Shown piece after piece: positions 39,165 to 50,377 of a DNA stretch of 64,000 nucleotides. The notes under the pieces are model-generated. The model worked only from the letters and a program-made list of their open reading frames with translations, did no database searches and had not been told where the DNA came from. The position numbers and the translations under genes are program-made. The stretch spans positions 2,735 through 66,734 of the IMG/VR virus record IMGVR_UViG_2630968832_000007, one strand, 5' to 3'. Numbering within the stretch: position 1 is the first letter of the stretch; each line of letters begins with the position of its first letter. This DNA is from a virus (Duplodnaviria > Caudoviricetes).

Positions 39165-41059
39165 TTATTCTTTTTCGGACGTATTATTTCCAACTTCGAT
39201 TTTGCTTTCAGGCAGTTCACTCCCAGGATAATAGTCTTTCAAACTTTTCGGATCCACTTTGTATGTATGAACTTCGCCACATTCAGAATCATATCTTTGA
39301 ACCATCCGATTGACTTCTGCTCTGGCTCGTTCTTTTCTATACAGTTCTCTACTTAAATTCAAACGGCCTTATTTCCCCTCCCCAATTATTTGTAATCAAA
39401 AACTGGTGTTCTACCAGAATCCAGCTTGTCAAGCGAGGCATCACTGTTTACTCGATAAAAAATATACATTCCAGTGACTTTATTGTAGGTAATAACATGC
39501 GTGGGATTATTTTCAAAACCATTCATATAAGTGGTTTGAACAATCTCTTGATTTTTGGGTGTTTTAATTTTCATTGTCTTCATTGCCAAATCCTTCCTCA
39601 TCGGAGTCATACTCATAGTATCCATCACAACCAAGTGTGAGCAAAATATCATCAACTATGTATTTGAAAACGCCCTTAAAATCAACATGTTTACCAGTAG
39701 TAGTATAAATTCGCTCTTTCTCATAATCCAAAATCTGATATGCCATCACGCCAGCAATGAGTGCTAATAGTATTGCCAGCATACTATTGAAATTCATCAG
39801 TAACACCGGATTTTCGCAACACAATCATCAAGCGCTTTAAGCCATTCCTCAGAGCTGATTTCTTCAAGATTGTCAATCACACGGCCTTCACCATGAGCAA
39901 CATCAAAGCAAAACAATCCAAAGTCCTCTGTCCAAATCAGCTCGTCTCCGCAAAGCGTAGAATCTGGAGCATCCGCAAAAAATTTGAACGGTGTTTCAAA
40001 AGCAATCACATTTACTCTATATTCATTATTCATCACAACTCCAATAACCTTCATATAAGTAATGTGGTCAATTGCTCTCGTATCCTTGTAACATTTTCCA
40101 ATGTATTTTCTGTTGTTGCTTATTTTGGCGATTTTCTTTTTTTCGAAATACGAATCAATCTTCAGCGTAAGTTCGTTTCGCGTTTTAACCAATTGATCGA
40201 TTTCTTCATCTGTCAAATCATCATTTAAATTTATATTCATATATTTCTCCCATCATAGTTCATATATTACAAAATCGTGAATACTGCTATCCTCCAGATA
40301 CCAGTCCATCTTTCTATCGATTTCCTTAATTTCATTTTCCATTTGACTGCACGCACTTTTACTGTCAGTCTTTCGAACTAGCTCAAGAATCAAATCTCGG
40401 CGTTCTTTCAATGCGTCATACACCTGTGCAATCGGAATTTCTTTTAACACATTGATTTCAATTGGTTTGCCACAAAACGGGCAGAATTTGATCTCTTGAT
40501 ATTCCTCCCAATCAAACGTATCGCCCCACGAATAATCCACATGCCTGTTAATGAGCACCAAAGTGGGCGTTTCATCTTCAGGCTCAGCAAATTTGATGTC
40601 AACATTTTTTGCTCTAACAACTTCCCGGCAACAGGGACGAAATTCCTTAATCTTGATAGTGCGCTCCATCGGCATATCTCTTGGAATACACTCTTCATCT
40701 GTGTCTATGCTGTAGATCAATACATCAATTTTCAAACTGTAATTAGCTCCTATCTTCTTTATATACAAACTTTCATACTATTTATCATTTTTCTGAAGAA
40801 TCGGGCGACTCGACTTAAAGAATCCCCCGATCAATGTCATAGCAGCAAAAAACATTGGAAACATTTCAACGGTAAAGCGGTTGGTTGCAAAAGCTATGTT
40901 CATACAATTTACTACCCATGAACCAATAGTCACCTTTAAAATCCAACCGGCGAAGTATCCTGATACAAATAAAATGAGCGGTTCAAAAATGCAAAATAAC
41001 ACCAACGCAAAACTCGTCATATAAATTTTAAATTTGATTTTTTCCATAACAAACCTCAT
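39165..41059 (-). CDS. Run of six small hypothetical phage genes (39165-39362, 39386-~39580, 39564-~39800, 39797-40240, 40253-40768, 40778-41059)
   Basis: Tightly packed co-oriented ORFs; one has FCPFCG, two are hydrophobic. Confidence 0.5.
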
Positions 41060-42144
41060 TCATCATATTTAATTAGAAACAGCGGATCTACAGCCTTGAA
41101 GCTTACTTTCCCATCTTGCGAACGAAAAACAATCCCTTCGCGCAATGTCGAGCCGAGCGTGCTCTTTCCATGCGCATATTCAAGCACTTTGTCTACTGTA
41201 TCCGGAAGAATGTAGCTGGTGTCAATAATTGGAACAAACTTCAAACCATTTGCTTCGCAAATATTTTTGGCGTTCAAAGAACTCATACGCCCTTCTGGAG
41301 TGATGATATTAAACACATATAAATCCGGAATCTTAACTTTGTACTTGTTGCCTTGTACATTGGGGGCAATGCATTCTCCCTGAATGGCAATCCAATCAAA
41401 ATTCCCGATAAGCTTTCTAAGCACTTTTTCAATGTCGTATCGGTCTGACACGGACCAGTATGAAGAGTTGTCTTTGTTGAACAAACGCAGATTTCGAGAG
41501 CAAACCATATACTCAAACTTATCTTTAACGAATGGTATCTTAGATTTGTGCCGTTCAAGGCAGAATGTTCCGCTTTGTCCATCAATTTTTTCCGTAGCAA
41601 CAAATGGCTGCTTTTCTTTTAGAATAAAAGGAATGTTCTGAATGCGTGTTTCGTCTGTTTTGTGTACGAATGCCGGAAAAGCTTTCGATCCGCGCTTGTC
41701 GTAGCGACGCACAAGCTTCCTGAACCATTTGGACCTCATGAGCCATTTGGGATACTTTTTTGAATCAAGCTGCGTTTCACTAAGTGACTTCTGCTCTTTG
41801 TCCATAGTAGATTCATATTGTTTAACACCCACGATATCTGTAACATCGTCACCAACTTTGTACTCGCTTTCCGGCAGAATACTCAACGGGAAACAAATGC
41901 CTTGGCTGATAACGCCGCCCATTTTCATCGTCTTGATTCTGAAGTTCTTATTTCTCAAAAATTCAAACTCGGGCTTCTCAGGCAGTACCGAATCAATTTC
42001 ACAATAAACACATTTGTCGCCAACCCGAAATTCGTTTTTCTTTACGATAACACTCCATCCATCAATGACTGCAAGTTCAATACGGTCTTTTCCTTTAATT
42101 GCATGCAGTGCTGCAATTTCCTTAATACTTGCCATTGTACGCAA
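41056..42144 (-). CDS. ATP-dependent RNA ligase (DRB0094/Rnl5-like, N-terminal OB fold)
   Basis: DRIELA, YCEIDS, KTDETRIQN, TEKIDG, CSRN, QGE, REGIVFR, FKAV. Confidence 0.88.
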   Translation of the reverse strand: MRTMASIKEIAALHAIKGKDRIELAVIDGWSVIVKKNEFRVGDKCVYCEIDSVLPEKPEFEFLRNKNFRIKTMKMGGVISQGICFPLSILPESEYKVGDDVTDIVGVKQYESTMDKEQKSLSETQLDSKKYPKWLMRSKWFRKLVRRYDKRGSKAFPAFVHKTDETRIQNIPFILKEKQPFVATEKIDGQSGTFCLERHKSKIPFVKDKFEYMVCSRNLRLFNKDNSSYWSVSDRYDIEKVLRKLIGNFDWIAIQGECIAPNVQGNKYKVKIPDLYVFNIITPEGRMSSLNAKNICEANGLKFVPIIDTSYILPDTVDKVLEYAHGKSTLGSTLREGIVFRSQDGKVSFKAVDPLFLIKYDE

Positions 42145-42160
42145 ATCTTTAGTCCTCCAA

Positions 42161-44389
42161 TTACATCAATTTAAGCCATGTCTGGCGCGAAATAGAATTA
42201 TTATTATGAATGCACCTTAGAAACGCTTTCGGCTGCGCAAGCAATAAACAGCGTTCTTTTGAGCGCGTAAGCGCGGTATACAACAAACAGCTATCCAACA
42301 AAATGTAATGTGTGGTATCAATTGCCACAATTACAGTTTTATATCCGCTGCCCTGAGCAAGATGAACTGTAAGAACATATGCGAGTTCCACTTGGCCCAT
42401 TTCGCTTCTTTTGTATGTAATAAGCTTCTTATCTCCACCGGATGAATACTCAACCGTAAAACATTGAGTTCTTTCATCACCCTCACCATCTTCAAAAATG
42501 CTCGTGACATATCCTGTCTCACCATTGAAAACGTTCTTATCATAGTTGTTTTCACGCTGAATGACCTTTGAACCAATGCGAAATGTTTTTGTGCCATAAT
42601 CGATATGCTCTTTGTGCTCAGATGCCGGCAGCAACTCGTCCTGAATGATTTTGTTCATCACAGTCGTTGAGTTCGGACAATCTTTTTTTCTGGGCACTAC
42701 GATCACCACATTATCCGCTCCTTCTCTTTCTGCCGTAGAGAGAAACGTTTTGATTGCTATGTTTTGAATGGCCTCATTGCTGTCACGAAACATGTAAACC
42801 ATATCCTCACGTTTGCCGCTTACAATTTTCAGCTCCGGCTCTTTAATTGGATTTATCCCCATACGAATTTTGTTAGCATCCATCAAAATTCCAGAGTCTA
42901 GCGCTTGGCGCATGACCTTTGTAAGCATAAGAATATTGAATACATTCGTTTTATCAAGCACATCACTGAACACATTGCCAGCACCAATCGGAGGGAGCTG
43001 CCGATTGTCTCCACACACAATAAGCCTTCCGCCCGGCTTCACAGCTCTGATAAGATCATAGAACAACTCGACATTTACCATTGACGCCTCATCGAGAATA
43101 ACAACATCAGCCGCAAGCGGATTGTTGTTGTCATGGATAAATGACTTTCCGTTCCACCCAAGCAACCGATGGATCGTAGACGCTTCATGCCCAGTGGCTT
43201 CTACGATTCTTTGCGCGGCTTTAGCCGATAAAGCACAACACGACACTGTTTTATATTTGTACGCTTTTACAATCGCATTAAGCAATGTGGACTTACCTGT
43301 GCCTGCAAATCCGCAAATACACGAAAAATTACGATTCAAGGCGCTCCTGACCGCCGCACGTTGTTCCTCAGTAAAAGTGAAGCCAAGGTCATGTTCTGCT
43401 TCGCCAACAGCGTCTTCTGCATCAAGATTCCAATCATCGCTGTATGAATCGATTTCCTTCAAAATGTCATAAATGCCTGTCTCCAACTCAAAATACCGCT
43501 TCAACCCAACTTTGGCACCATCAAAATGAAGGAGCATTTCACTCTGCCGTTCTTGAGATATTAACCTGCAATATGCATCCTTGCATTCCGGGATATTATC
43601 TTTTGCAGCTTGTTCGAGCACATCAACTGTGACCCAAGTATTACCATCTGTTTCAGCTGATTCATTCAGGAACCATTTAACGAACGCTATCGCACGCTTA
43701 GGCGAATCAATGATTTGTGGATTCAATTTGAGCGCAAGACCATCGACACGCTTAAAGCCAAGCCCTCTGATGCGTGTCATGATATACGGATTATCCAGCA
43801 ATTGCGCTTTGAGAAGCGATGGATTAGGCTCTCCGGACAATAGCTTTTGAATCATCTTATAACTGACCCCAAGTGGCTGAAGAAGAGAAAGAATATCGGA
43901 AATCACATAATTGCTGAGCACCATATCCTTGATACGCTCATATGTTGCGTATCCTATTCCCTTGACGTTCTGCAAATCCACATTATCCGTTCCCTCTATA
44001 ATTTCATTTACAATATTGGGATAAGCAGAGATAAGAGCATTTGCCTGACTATTAGTCAGTAATGCATGTAAAAACTTTTCCTGTTCTTCCCTCGTAGATG
44101 GCCGCTTTGAAATCACCACGTACGGTTTATACTGATAAGATTTATATTTCTTATTGAATACCAATTCCGCTTCAACGTCATACTCCTGGCCGACTGTTAA
44201 CTGCTGCATATTGCCAACTAGAATTGACCATTTTGTTTTTTGGGTTGCTTCTTCATCGTCAAAAGGCGAAACCTCGCGCTCGTCAAATTTTGGAATATCA
44301 TCAGTTGTTGAAAAAACATATACTCCAAAGTCATTGCCATAGTATCGCTGTATCTGAGGGACAATTGTAAATTTTAATCTTTCAGAAAT
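42161..44389 (-). CDS. recD2: RecD2-like SF1B helicase
   Basis: GFAGTGKS, DEASM, GDNRQLPPIGAG, TVHLAQGS; frame extends to an ATT 8 nt after AAAGGAG. Confidence 0.9.
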   Translation of the reverse strand: MSERLKFTIVPQIQRYYGNDFGVYVFSTTDDIPKFDEREVSPFDDEEATQKTKWSILVGNMQQLTVGQEYDVEAELVFNKKYKSYQYKPYVVISKRPSTREEQEKFLHALLTNSQANALISAYPNIVNEIIEGTDNVDLQNVKGIGYATYERIKDMVLSNYVISDILSLLQPLGVSYKMIQKLLSGEPNPSLLKAQLLDNPYIMTRIRGLGFKRVDGLALKLNPQIIDSPKRAIAFVKWFLNESAETDGNTWVTVDVLEQAAKDNIPECKDAYCRLISQERQSEMLLHFDGAKVGLKRYFELETGIYDILKEIDSYSDDWNLDAEDAVGEAEHDLGFTFTEEQRAAVRSALNRNFSCICGFAGTGKSTLLNAIVKAYKYKTVSCCALSAKAAQRIVEATGHEASTIHRLLGWNGKSFIHDNNNPLAADVVILDEASMVNVELFYDLIRAVKPGGRLIVCGDNRQLPPIGAGNVFSDVLDKTNVFNILMLTKVMRQALDSGILMDANKIRMGINPIKEPELKIVSGKREDMVYMFRDSNEAIQNIAIKTFLSTAEREGADNVVIVVPRKKDCPNSTTVMNKIIQDELLPASEHKEHIDYGTKTFRIGSKVIQRENNYDKNVFNGETGYVTSIFEDGEGDERTQCFTVEYSSGGDKKLITYKRSEMGQVELAYVLTVHLAQGSGYKTVIVAIDTTHYILLDSCLLYTALTRSKERCLLLAQPKAFLRCIHNNNSISRQTWLKLM

Positions 44390-44410
44390 ACTTGCTACTC
44401 CTTTCCGACA

Positions 44411-47400
44411 CTAAATGTCTGATATTTTTCTATCTTTTAACCACTGTGTATATGGCTTAATTGCTTTTACTGCCGTAAGCTTTTCATCGCCTCCTTTTTT
44501 GCACAGCATTGCCACTTGAGCACCTCTGTTGATAATATCTTCATTCTGTTTGAATTGTGTATGCCAGCAAACAACCTCCATTAAACCAAACACAGAGTAC
44601 ATATTCAAAAAAGCGAACTGTTTTCCTGTTCGGTCCTTCTTCTTTTGAACATTGGCAATGATACCTACGATTGTTACATTGGTATCAGGGGCAGCTTCAT
44701 CATAATCCACATTGATGTACTGATATGCGTATTCGAATGGATTGACGCCAAGGAAAATGGACAACGCCTCAAATTCCCAAAACGCTTCGTTCTGCATATA
44801 CTTTTCTTCAAACTCATGCATCTCTTTCATGCGTCTTTGTTCCTGATAGGTATAAAATTCAATGCGTTTTCTGCTGTTAAGCAAAGCCAGGCGTTCTTCC
44901 TTGCCTTTAATCACCGAACAATCAATTCCATATTTATTGAGCATGACTTTATGCGTGTAAATGGTTTTTACCGGTGTGTATTCTTTCTGCTCAAAAAGTG
45001 ATTGCGCATAACGCTCCAACAACTCACGTTTGTCTTTGCATGGTAACGCGCCGGCTTTTATGAGCGATACCACCACCGCAGTGGACGGAGAAACACGCGT
45101 GATAAAATCTTCAAGCCCCGTGAATGGCCCATTCGTTTTACGTTCTTCTAAAATTTGTGCTACAACCTTTTCCCCAACCCCTCGGATGGCCTCAAGACCA
45201 AACAGTATCTTAGAGTTATGCACCGTAAAATATCGTTCTGACCGATTGATATTGGGAGGCAATACACTAATGCCAAACGCCTTTGTGTCTATGATGTACT
45301 TATTTATTACGCCATAATCATTGCGGTTCTGGTTGAGTAACGCCTTAAAAAAGTATTCCGGGTAGTGCGCTTTCAAATACGCAGTCTTGAGCGTTAGAAT
45401 GGAGTAAAGCGCAGAGTGCGATTTATTGAAAAGATATCCGCCTTTTTCTTTGAGATCATCGCTGATTTGTTTTGCAATCCCTTCAGGATATCCGTTTGCA
45501 ATAATTTCTCCATACAACTTCTCAGACTCTTCTTTTACAAGTTCAATATTCTTTTTGCCGATAGCCTTTCTAAACTTGTCAGCCCCTCCGTAGCTACGGC
45601 CTCCAAATTTCCTGACAACATCCATGAGCTGTTCCTGATAAATCATACAACCATAAGTCTTTTTCAAAATCGGTTCCATGTCGGGATGGATGTAGGTTAT
45701 TGCCTTTTCACCGTTTTTGCGATTGATATAGTCTTCAAGAGCACCCATGCTATCTGGACGATACAGTGCCAGCACGGCCGAAACATCTTCGAGGTTTGTC
45801 GGTTTCAACCTCAAAAGCAAATCGCGCATACCGCTGCTTTCAACCTGGAACACGCCATTTGTCCTTGCGCTTGCAAGCAATTCGTACATTGCCGTGTCAT
45901 TCGCGAACTCAGGATTGTTTATACTGAGATCCCATTCTGACAGTCCAATGTCTTTCATTGCTTCTTGAACAACCGCTAGGGTTGAAACGCCAAGTACGTC
46001 GAACTTAATGATTCCGATTTCCTCAACCTTTTTCTTATCGACTTGAATGACATGTTCGCCTTTGCTTCCAAGTTTCATTGGCATATAATCTGTAATTTTT
46101 GCATCAACAATACCAACTCCGCCAGCATGTATGCTCACGTTGCGCAACCGTCCGGAAATATGAGAAGCTATTCGGAAAAGCTCATCGTATTCACTATAAT
46201 CATCGAGTAGTGATTTATTATTTTCAATACACTCTTCAAACGTCTTGTACGTGAATTTTTTACTTATTCGATCGCAGACGCTATACGGAATGCCAAGTAC
46301 TTTTCCTACATCTTTGATTGCCACGATAGGGGTTATATACGAATAATTAATGATTTGGCATACGTGGTCTTCTCCGTATTTTTGCGTAAGATAATCAACA
46401 ATAAACTCACGATTCGAGAAATCACAATCGACGTCTGGCATACTTACACGCTCCGGATTCAAGAAGCGTTCAAAAATCAAATCATTTTCAATAGGGTCAA
46501 GCTCTGATATTCCAAGCAAAAAATTCACAATAGAGCCGCCGCCAGAACCACGGCCGTCTCCTACCGCCTGTCCATTCTCTTTCGCATATTTAATGAAGTC
46601 CCACACAATAAGGAAGTATCCATCAAACCCCATTTGGTGAATAATTCCAAGTTCATATTCAAGCCGTTTCTCCCTTATTCTTTGTGCAGCGCCGCTGAGC
46701 TTATCGAAACCTCTTCGTTCCCATCCTTTCTCCGTAAGATGTTTGAGGTAGGAAAGATTGTCTTCAAATCCATCTGGCAACGGATATGTGGGAAGTTGCG
46801 GTGCCTGAAATGGCATATCCACATTTTCTATCATATCGGCAACCTTATTGGTGCTTGCAAGGCCAAGCTTTACGTTCTCCTCTCCAATTTGAGAGGACAT
46901 AACCTCATAAATCTCAGCTTCTGACTGAATGTAGCAGCCATCGTACAGTTCTGTCAGGGTTTCATCGTCGTGAGCAATTTGAACATGACGTGCTTGATAG
47001 TACAAATCATCCTTCGTCGCAGCATGACTATCCGTAGTAATAACAAACTCTGTGTTTGTTGCCTCAGCCAGTTCTAACACTTTTTGATTGTATCGGCGCT
47101 GTTCATCTGTATTATGACTTTGCATTTCAAGAAAGAAATTAGGGAATGTGCTTTTGTACTCATTGATATACTTAACACACTGGCCATAGTCTGATTCTCT
47201 GGCGAGTTTTGATGCCAAACACGCAGACAAAATAATAAGATCATCCGCATATGGTCTTAAATGCGCTAAATCGATTCGCGGTTTAAAATAGAATCCTTCA
47301 AAGTTGCTTTGTGTGACAATTTCATTGAGAGCCACTCTACCGCGCTCATTTTTAGCAAGCGCCACAAGATGAAAGTATTTACTATTGCTGTCTTTCACTG

Positions 47401-47622
47401 ACATATCAAAACATTCATACAGCTCAACACCATAAATCATCTTGATCTCAGGATAATTCTTTTTAGTTCATCAAAATAAATCCAGCTATATGCATTGCCG
47501 TGTTCGGTTATTGCAAATGCATTAAGTCCTACCGACTTTGCTCGTTCGAGATATTCTTGCGGATGTCCGTATCCGTCAAGCACAGAAAATTCAGAATGAT
47601 TGTGAAGCGAACTGTACATCAC
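44411..47622 (-). CDS. dnaE: DNA polymerase III alpha (DnaE/YorL-like), split by a one-base frameshift near 47461
   Basis: PHP N-terminus (LHNHSEFSVLDG) in ORF 47437-47622; remainder in 44411-47440 (GRGSGGGS, PDVDCDF, KFDVLG, FNKSH). Confidence 0.92.
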
Positions 47623-49338
47623 AACACCTCATATTCTATGATGATAAACTGAGGTGTGGCCATGCTTCTATAAACGTTGATCGACGCGCGGCCAACGACA
47701 TTAATATCAAAGCTCGCCGTTGAATCATATGGATCGTTGAGTGCCTGATAAATTGGATCCGTTTCATTGCACGAGAATTTGACAAACTCAACTCCGGTTT
47801 CCTCGTCTTTCCACTTCAGAGTATTGCTTTGCTTTCCTATAAGTGAAACCTGTTTTTTGTCAAGATGAACACCTTCAACCGCAATGTACGGCTCCTCAAC
47901 CATTTGTCCCCAACATCTGGACATTCCATCAATTTTCTTGACAAGTGGAAAAGTAAGATCCTGATTGCCAATGACAAAGTCACACTTATACGACTTCAAG
48001 ATTGGGCTGTCTTTCAATCTCTCATTACACGATTGAATTGCTTTGGGAATGTTTTCTTTTTTGATTTCAACCCCAAAGGCATTTTCGTGTCCCATAATGC
48101 TCTCAAAGCATCCCGTTGATTCCAAAAACAATTTCAAATTATCGATTGAACCGTTGTTGATATTTCGCCCAGAGCCACCATACAAGTTCTCATCTTCATT
48201 CCGCTTACGAAGGAGCAGACATGGCCGCGTATACTCTTCAGCGATTCGTGTTGCCGTCAGACCAGTGTATACTTCGTCAAGAAGCCCGGTCACATTGACA
48301 AAAAGAATCTTATTTTCACGCTGGTTGTACCGCTCTATAAAATCACGAATGGCATCTTGGCCGTGCTTACACGCCTTGCTTTGGCGGTTTCTTATGTTAG
48401 TAGCAAGACGAACAACTCTTTCACAAATGCTTTCCTCCGTTGCTTCTTTTTCACCGCGTTTCTTATATTTAAAGGTTTCATACTCTCCGAGCAAAGCTCT
48501 GAACATAAGTTCCTTTTCCGCCAAATTTCCTGCCCGGATCACCGCGTTAATAGCCGGCACAATGTAGAATTGAATGTCATGTATTGTAGGATCCGATTTG
48601 ATTTTAAAACTGTTTTGCTCACACAACTGCTTTATAAGAGGATTTGAAATCAATGCTATACCTTTGTCCGCGATATACTTTGTTTCATAGGAACGCATAT
48701 CCATCACATCAGCGATATTCCCAATGGCCGCAAGGTCAATATATTTATCTGCAAATGACGTCCACAATTCTTCATCAATCGCCTGCAAAAATTTGTATGT
48801 AATTCCCGCGCCGCTAAATTCTTTATTGGTGTATCCGCATGTCTGATTGTTTACAACAATTGCATATGGATTTTCAGTTTCAGCAATATGGTGATCAAGA
48901 ATTATTACATCTATCCCTGCTTTATTTAATGCCTTACATGGTTCAATATCATTCGTACCAGCGTCAGGGACAATCACCAATCGGGCAGACTTTGGTATTT
49001 CAATATCACTTTGAAGGCCATGTTGTTTTCCGCTATGCAGGTGATATGTAATATTTATATCTTTCTTCTGATCTTTTAAATATGAAATCAGCATCGCAGC
49101 AGATGTATAACCATCAACATCGCAATCTACGACAACATGAATTTCATCGTCCAAATGACCAAGCAGACAACTAACAGCCACGTCTATGTTTTCAAGATCT
49201 TGGTATGGAATCAGGCAGTCACTTTTCAAAGAAAGGTACTCTTTTGGGTTTTCTATGCCTCTATTCTTTAATATTGTAAATTCGATATTCGTAACATCAT
49301 TTCTGCTTCCAGGAATAAGCTCGTAATCCAGCTCCATG
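47619..49338 (-). CDS. recJ: RecJ-like DHH exonuclease (YorK-like)
   Basis: DCDVDGYTS, PDAG, ILDHH, GSGR, GHENAFG. Confidence 0.9.
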
Positions 49339-49342
49339 TCAC

Positions 49343-50365
49343 CTACTTTATTCTTTTTATGCACTCTGAAATAAGCCTTTTAAATTTTTTCGGATCGTCG
49401 GTTGGACTTTCTTTTTCTTCCAAGATACCTACGGTGTCAATAACAGCATACACGTGTATCTCATCAATAAATCGCCCCGCCAATGTATCAAGCTCTTCTC
49501 GCGACACATCTTTATCAAAAAGGAACACGACATCTACACACAAACGTGTGAGCATATCAATTTGCTGTCGAGACACCCTTTTTCCGCCAGTAGCGACTGC
49601 ATTGCACATGCCCATGCTCCAAAGCTGCATAACGCTTTTTTCTGCTTCCCCTACATAAACTTTATGCGCCCTTTGAATTGCATCGTATGTATGATTGAGA
49701 CCATATAACACTTTTGATCGATTGGTTGGCTCAATATATAAATACTTCAGTTCTCCATCCTTTTGAGCCTTCCCAAACATCCGGCCTTTCACGCCAACCA
49801 GTGTACCGATTTCATCCCGGATTGGGATTGTTATCCGGTTTGTCTGTTCATCATATCCAACCTCAAATTTAGCCTGCGTGCCATAATCAATATTGTCCTT
49901 GAAAAACAAATCATTTACATACGGCATGTAATACGAAAGAACATTCTCACTGATTGGACGCAATGGTTTACTGTCATAATCCTTTTCAATATCACCACTA
50001 AGTTCAATAATCTCCTGTGCAATTCGTATACTGGCAGGAAGATCGGCGTCAAAATCATGGTAATAATCGATTCCAATCCACTCGCATACCATTTTTATTG
50101 ATTGAAAGAAGGATTCATCTTTAAAAAATTGCACAAGAGAAAACAAGTCTGAGCCGTTGCCCACCTTTGGTATATCCCTCGTGTAATCTACGACTGAGAT
50201 AAATTCGTTTTCATATACCGTAATTGCTGATTTATTATCTCCGTCCGGATTCCCGCAGGAATAGTATCCTCCTTTGTGCGTTATGTGGTGGCACCCAAGC
50301 TCTTCTAAAACTGTTTCAATTTGATTGTTCTCAAGAATATAATTCTTCAGGTCTTGAACTTCAAT
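49343..50365 (-). CDS. Primase (TOPRIM; YorJ-like)
   Basis: RITIPIRD..GTLVGVKGR, LYGL, EAEKSV, FDKD; frame extends to ATT 50365 after AAGGTGAG. Confidence 0.82.
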   Translation of the reverse strand: MEVQDLKNYILENNQIETVLEELGCHHITHKGGYYSCGNPDGDNKSAITVYENEFISVVDYTRDIPKVGNGSDLFSLVQFFKDESFFQSIKMVCEWIGIDYYHDFDADLPASIRIAQEIIELSGDIEKDYDSKPLRPISENVLSYYMPYVNDLFFKDNIDYGTQAKFEVGYDEQTNRITIPIRDEIGTLVGVKGRMFGKAQKDGELKYLYIEPTNRSKVLYGLNHTYDAIQRAHKVYVGEAEKSVMQLWSMGMCNAVATGGKRVSRQQIDMLTRLCVDVVFLFDKDVSREELDTLAGRFIDEIHVYAVIDTVGILEEKESPTDDPKKFKRLISECIKRIK

Positions 50366-50377
50366 AAAAGCTCACCT

